DNA of 64,000 nucleotides from Arenicellales bacterium (GTDB lineage Bacteria; Pseudomonadota; Gammaproteobacteria; Arenicellales; Poriferihabitantaceae): NCBI GenBank assembly GCA_965231905.1, contig CBDDOO010000002.1, positions 714,192 to 778,191 of the forward strand, read 5' to 3'. Shown piece by piece: positions 62,279 to 64,000 of this stretch (position 1 is its first letter; each line of letters starts with the position of its first letter). The notes under the pieces were generated by a model. It saw only the letters and a program-made list of their open reading frames with translations, ran no database searches and was not told where the DNA came from. The position numbers and the translations under genes were made by a program.

Positions 62279-64000
62279 GCTGGACCGGCAAAATACTGAG
62301 AGTCAATTTAACCAGGGGCGAAGTGATTGAGGAAGCGCTCAATATGGACTGGGCGGGAGATTATATCGGACAGCGTGGATTGGCCACCCGCTATCTGGTT
62401 GAGGAGACGGATCCGCGCTGTGACGCTCTCGGCCCGGATAACAAGCTGATTTTTGCGACCGGGCCACTGACCGGGACGGCGGTATCCACCGGCGGGCGCT
62501 ATTCGGTCATTACCAAAAGCCCGTTGACCGGGGCGGTGGCCTGTTCCAATTCCGGCGGATTCATCGGCGCGGAATTGAAAATGGCCGGCTGGGACATGAT
62601 CCTATTCGAAGGCAGGGCTGAATCTCCCGTTACCCTGAATATCGTCAATGAAAAGGCGGAAATACTGCCGGCTGACGATCTTTGGGGTAAATCCGTCTGG
62701 GAGACGGACAAGTTGCTTCATGCAAAACACGGAGACCCCCAGATGCGGGTCGCCGCAGTAGGGCGCGCGGCGGAAACGGGATGCCTGTATGCCGCGGTGA
62801 TCAATGATCTGCACCGCGCCGCCGGTCGTTCCGGCGTAGGCACCGTTATGGCCTCGAAAAACCTCAAGGCCGTCACCGTGCGCGGCACCCGCGGGGTCGG
62901 CAATATCAAGGACCCGGCGCGATTCATGCAAAGTGTCGCCGAACAAAAGCAGGTACTGGCCGAAAACGCGGTGACCGGACAGGGCCTGCCGGCAATGGGC
63001 ACTCAGGTGCTGATGAATGTAATCAATGAAATAGGGGCGCTGCCGGCGAAGAATATGCGGGATGTGCAGTTTGAACACGCGAATGATATTTCCGCGGAGG
63101 CAATGGCGAAGCCGCGTAACAGCGATGGCAAGCCGAACCTGACGACCAACGCCGCCTGTTTTGGATGCACTATAGCGTGCGGACGGATTTCGACCATCGA
63201 CAAGGGTCACTTCTCTGTTGAAAACAAACCCGAATACTGGGGAAATTCAGGTGGACTCGAGTATGAGGCAGCCTGGGCGCTGGGCGCTGACACAGGCGTT
63301 GGCGACCTGGATGCGCTGACCTATGCCAATTTTATCTGTAACGAGGACGGCATGGATCCGATTTCCTTTGGCGCCACGGTGGCCGCCGCCATGGAACTGT
63401 TCGATATGGGGGTCATTACCACTGAACATACCGGAGGCATGGAACTCGACTTCGGGTCGGCGGAAGCGCTGACCTGGTGTGTGGACCAGGTCGCAACCGG
63501 CCAGGGTTTTGGCAAGGACCTTGGCATGGGGTCGAAGAGACTGTGCGAAAAGTACGGTCATCCGGAGTTGTCGATGACGGTCAAGGGTCAGGAATTTCCG
63601 GCCTATGATCCGCGCGGGGTTCAGGGCATGGGGCTGACCTATGCGACCTCCAATCGCGGCGCCTGTCACTTGCGAAGTTATACCGTGGCTTCCGAGGTGC
63701 TGGGTATTCCTGAGAAAACCGACCCGCTGGCTACTGAAGGCAAGGCCGGATTGGTCAAGGCGTTTCAGGATGCGACTGCGGCGGTGGATTCGATGGGGTT
63801 GTGTGTATTCACCACCTTTGCCTGGTCACTGGATAACATGGCGCCGCAGATTGACGCGGCCTGCGAGGGTGACTGGTCTGTGGAACGCCTGCTGGAAGCC
63901 GGTGAACGCATCTGGAATCTGGAACGGGACTATAATATCCGGGCCGGATTGACCGGCAAGGATGACACACTGCCGCCCAGATTACTCAAGGAGGCGGCCA
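62275..64000 (+). CDS. Aldehyde:ferredoxin oxidoreductase family (tungsten/molybdopterin) enzyme, 5'-partial (runs off the window)
   Basis: Own translation from ATG 62275: MSWTGKILRVNLTRGEVIEEALNMDWAGDYIGQRGLATRYL...GGRYSVITKSPLTGAVACSNSGGFIGAELKMAGWDMILFEGRA, the typical AOR N-terminal domain. The frame stays open to 64000. Confidence 0.85.
   Translation, partial: MSWTGKILRVNLTRGEVIEEALNMDWAGDYIGQRGLATRYLVEETDPRCDALGPDNKLIFATGPLTGTAVSTGGRYSVITKSPLTGAVACSNSGGFIGAELKMAGWDMILFEGRAESPVTLNIVNEKAEILPADDLWGKSVWETDKLLHAKHGDPQMRVAAVGRAAETGCLYAAVINDLHRAAGRSGVGTVMASKNLKAVTVRGTRGVGNIKDPARFMQSVAEQKQVLAENAVTGQGLPAMGTQVLMNVINEIGALPAKNMRDVQFEHANDISAEAMAKPRNSDGKPNLTTNAACFGCTIACGRISTIDKGHFSVENKPEYWGNSGGLEYEAAWALGADTGVGDLDALTYANFICNEDGMDPISFGATVAAAMELFDMGVITTEHTGGMELDFGSAEALTWCVDQVATGQGFGKDLGMGSKRLCEKYGHPELSMTVKGQEFPAYDPRGVQGMGLTYATSNRGACHLRSYTVASEVLGIPEKTDPLATEGKAGLVKAFQDATAAVDSMGLCVFTTFAWSLDNMAPQIDAACEGDWSVERLLEAGERIWNLERDYNIRAGLTGKDDTLPPRLLKEAA

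Overview
No tools were run. All family calls come from reading the supplied translations and sequence for motifs and gene order.

The window is a gammaproteobacterial-type chromosomal segment. The conserved backbone is mrcA, aroK-aroB, gltBD, hemE, rpoH, hslVU, sspAB, petABC, rmuC, yggX, mnmA-purB-pyrD, zur-znuCB/znuA, class I aldolase, ileS, gltA and a ferredoxin-AOR operon.

The backbone is interrupted by accessory material:
1. An IS at the left edge (84-1496).
2. A visibly AT-rich island between hemE and rpoH (about 16.8-22.4 kb). It carries an EcoRV-like R-M pair, a tightly coupled three-gene operon (SpoIIAB-like GHKL ATPase, STAS-like protein, small membrane protein) and a 451-aa HEPN-like protein.
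3. A second AT-rich island between petA and rmuC (about 30.1-36.8 kb). It carries a translationally coupled operon: C5 cytosine methyltransferase, MORC-like GHKL ATPase, then two unknown proteins. The third gene is split by an IS5 copy, and removing the IS rejoins it exactly in frame. An IS1380-family element flanks this island.
4. A patch at 50.1-54.9 kb with an IS relic, a helicase IV-like protein with an endonuclease-like insert and zinc ribbons, and intact plus decayed toxin-antitoxin modules.

Two simple-sequence tracts look like contingency (phase-variation) switches:
- A perfect (GCCA)x53 tract abuts the start codon of a Calx-beta/cadherin-like autotransporter.
- A C24 tract lies 6 nt upstream of the start of a secreted protein.
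In both cases an upstream start with a strong Shine-Dalgarno (SD) sequence is exactly one repeat unit out of frame.

The best candidates for an undescribed system are the GHKL-STAS-membrane trio (18900-20718) and the Dcm-MORC four-gene operon (30858-36660). No rRNA, tRNA or CRISPR array was found.
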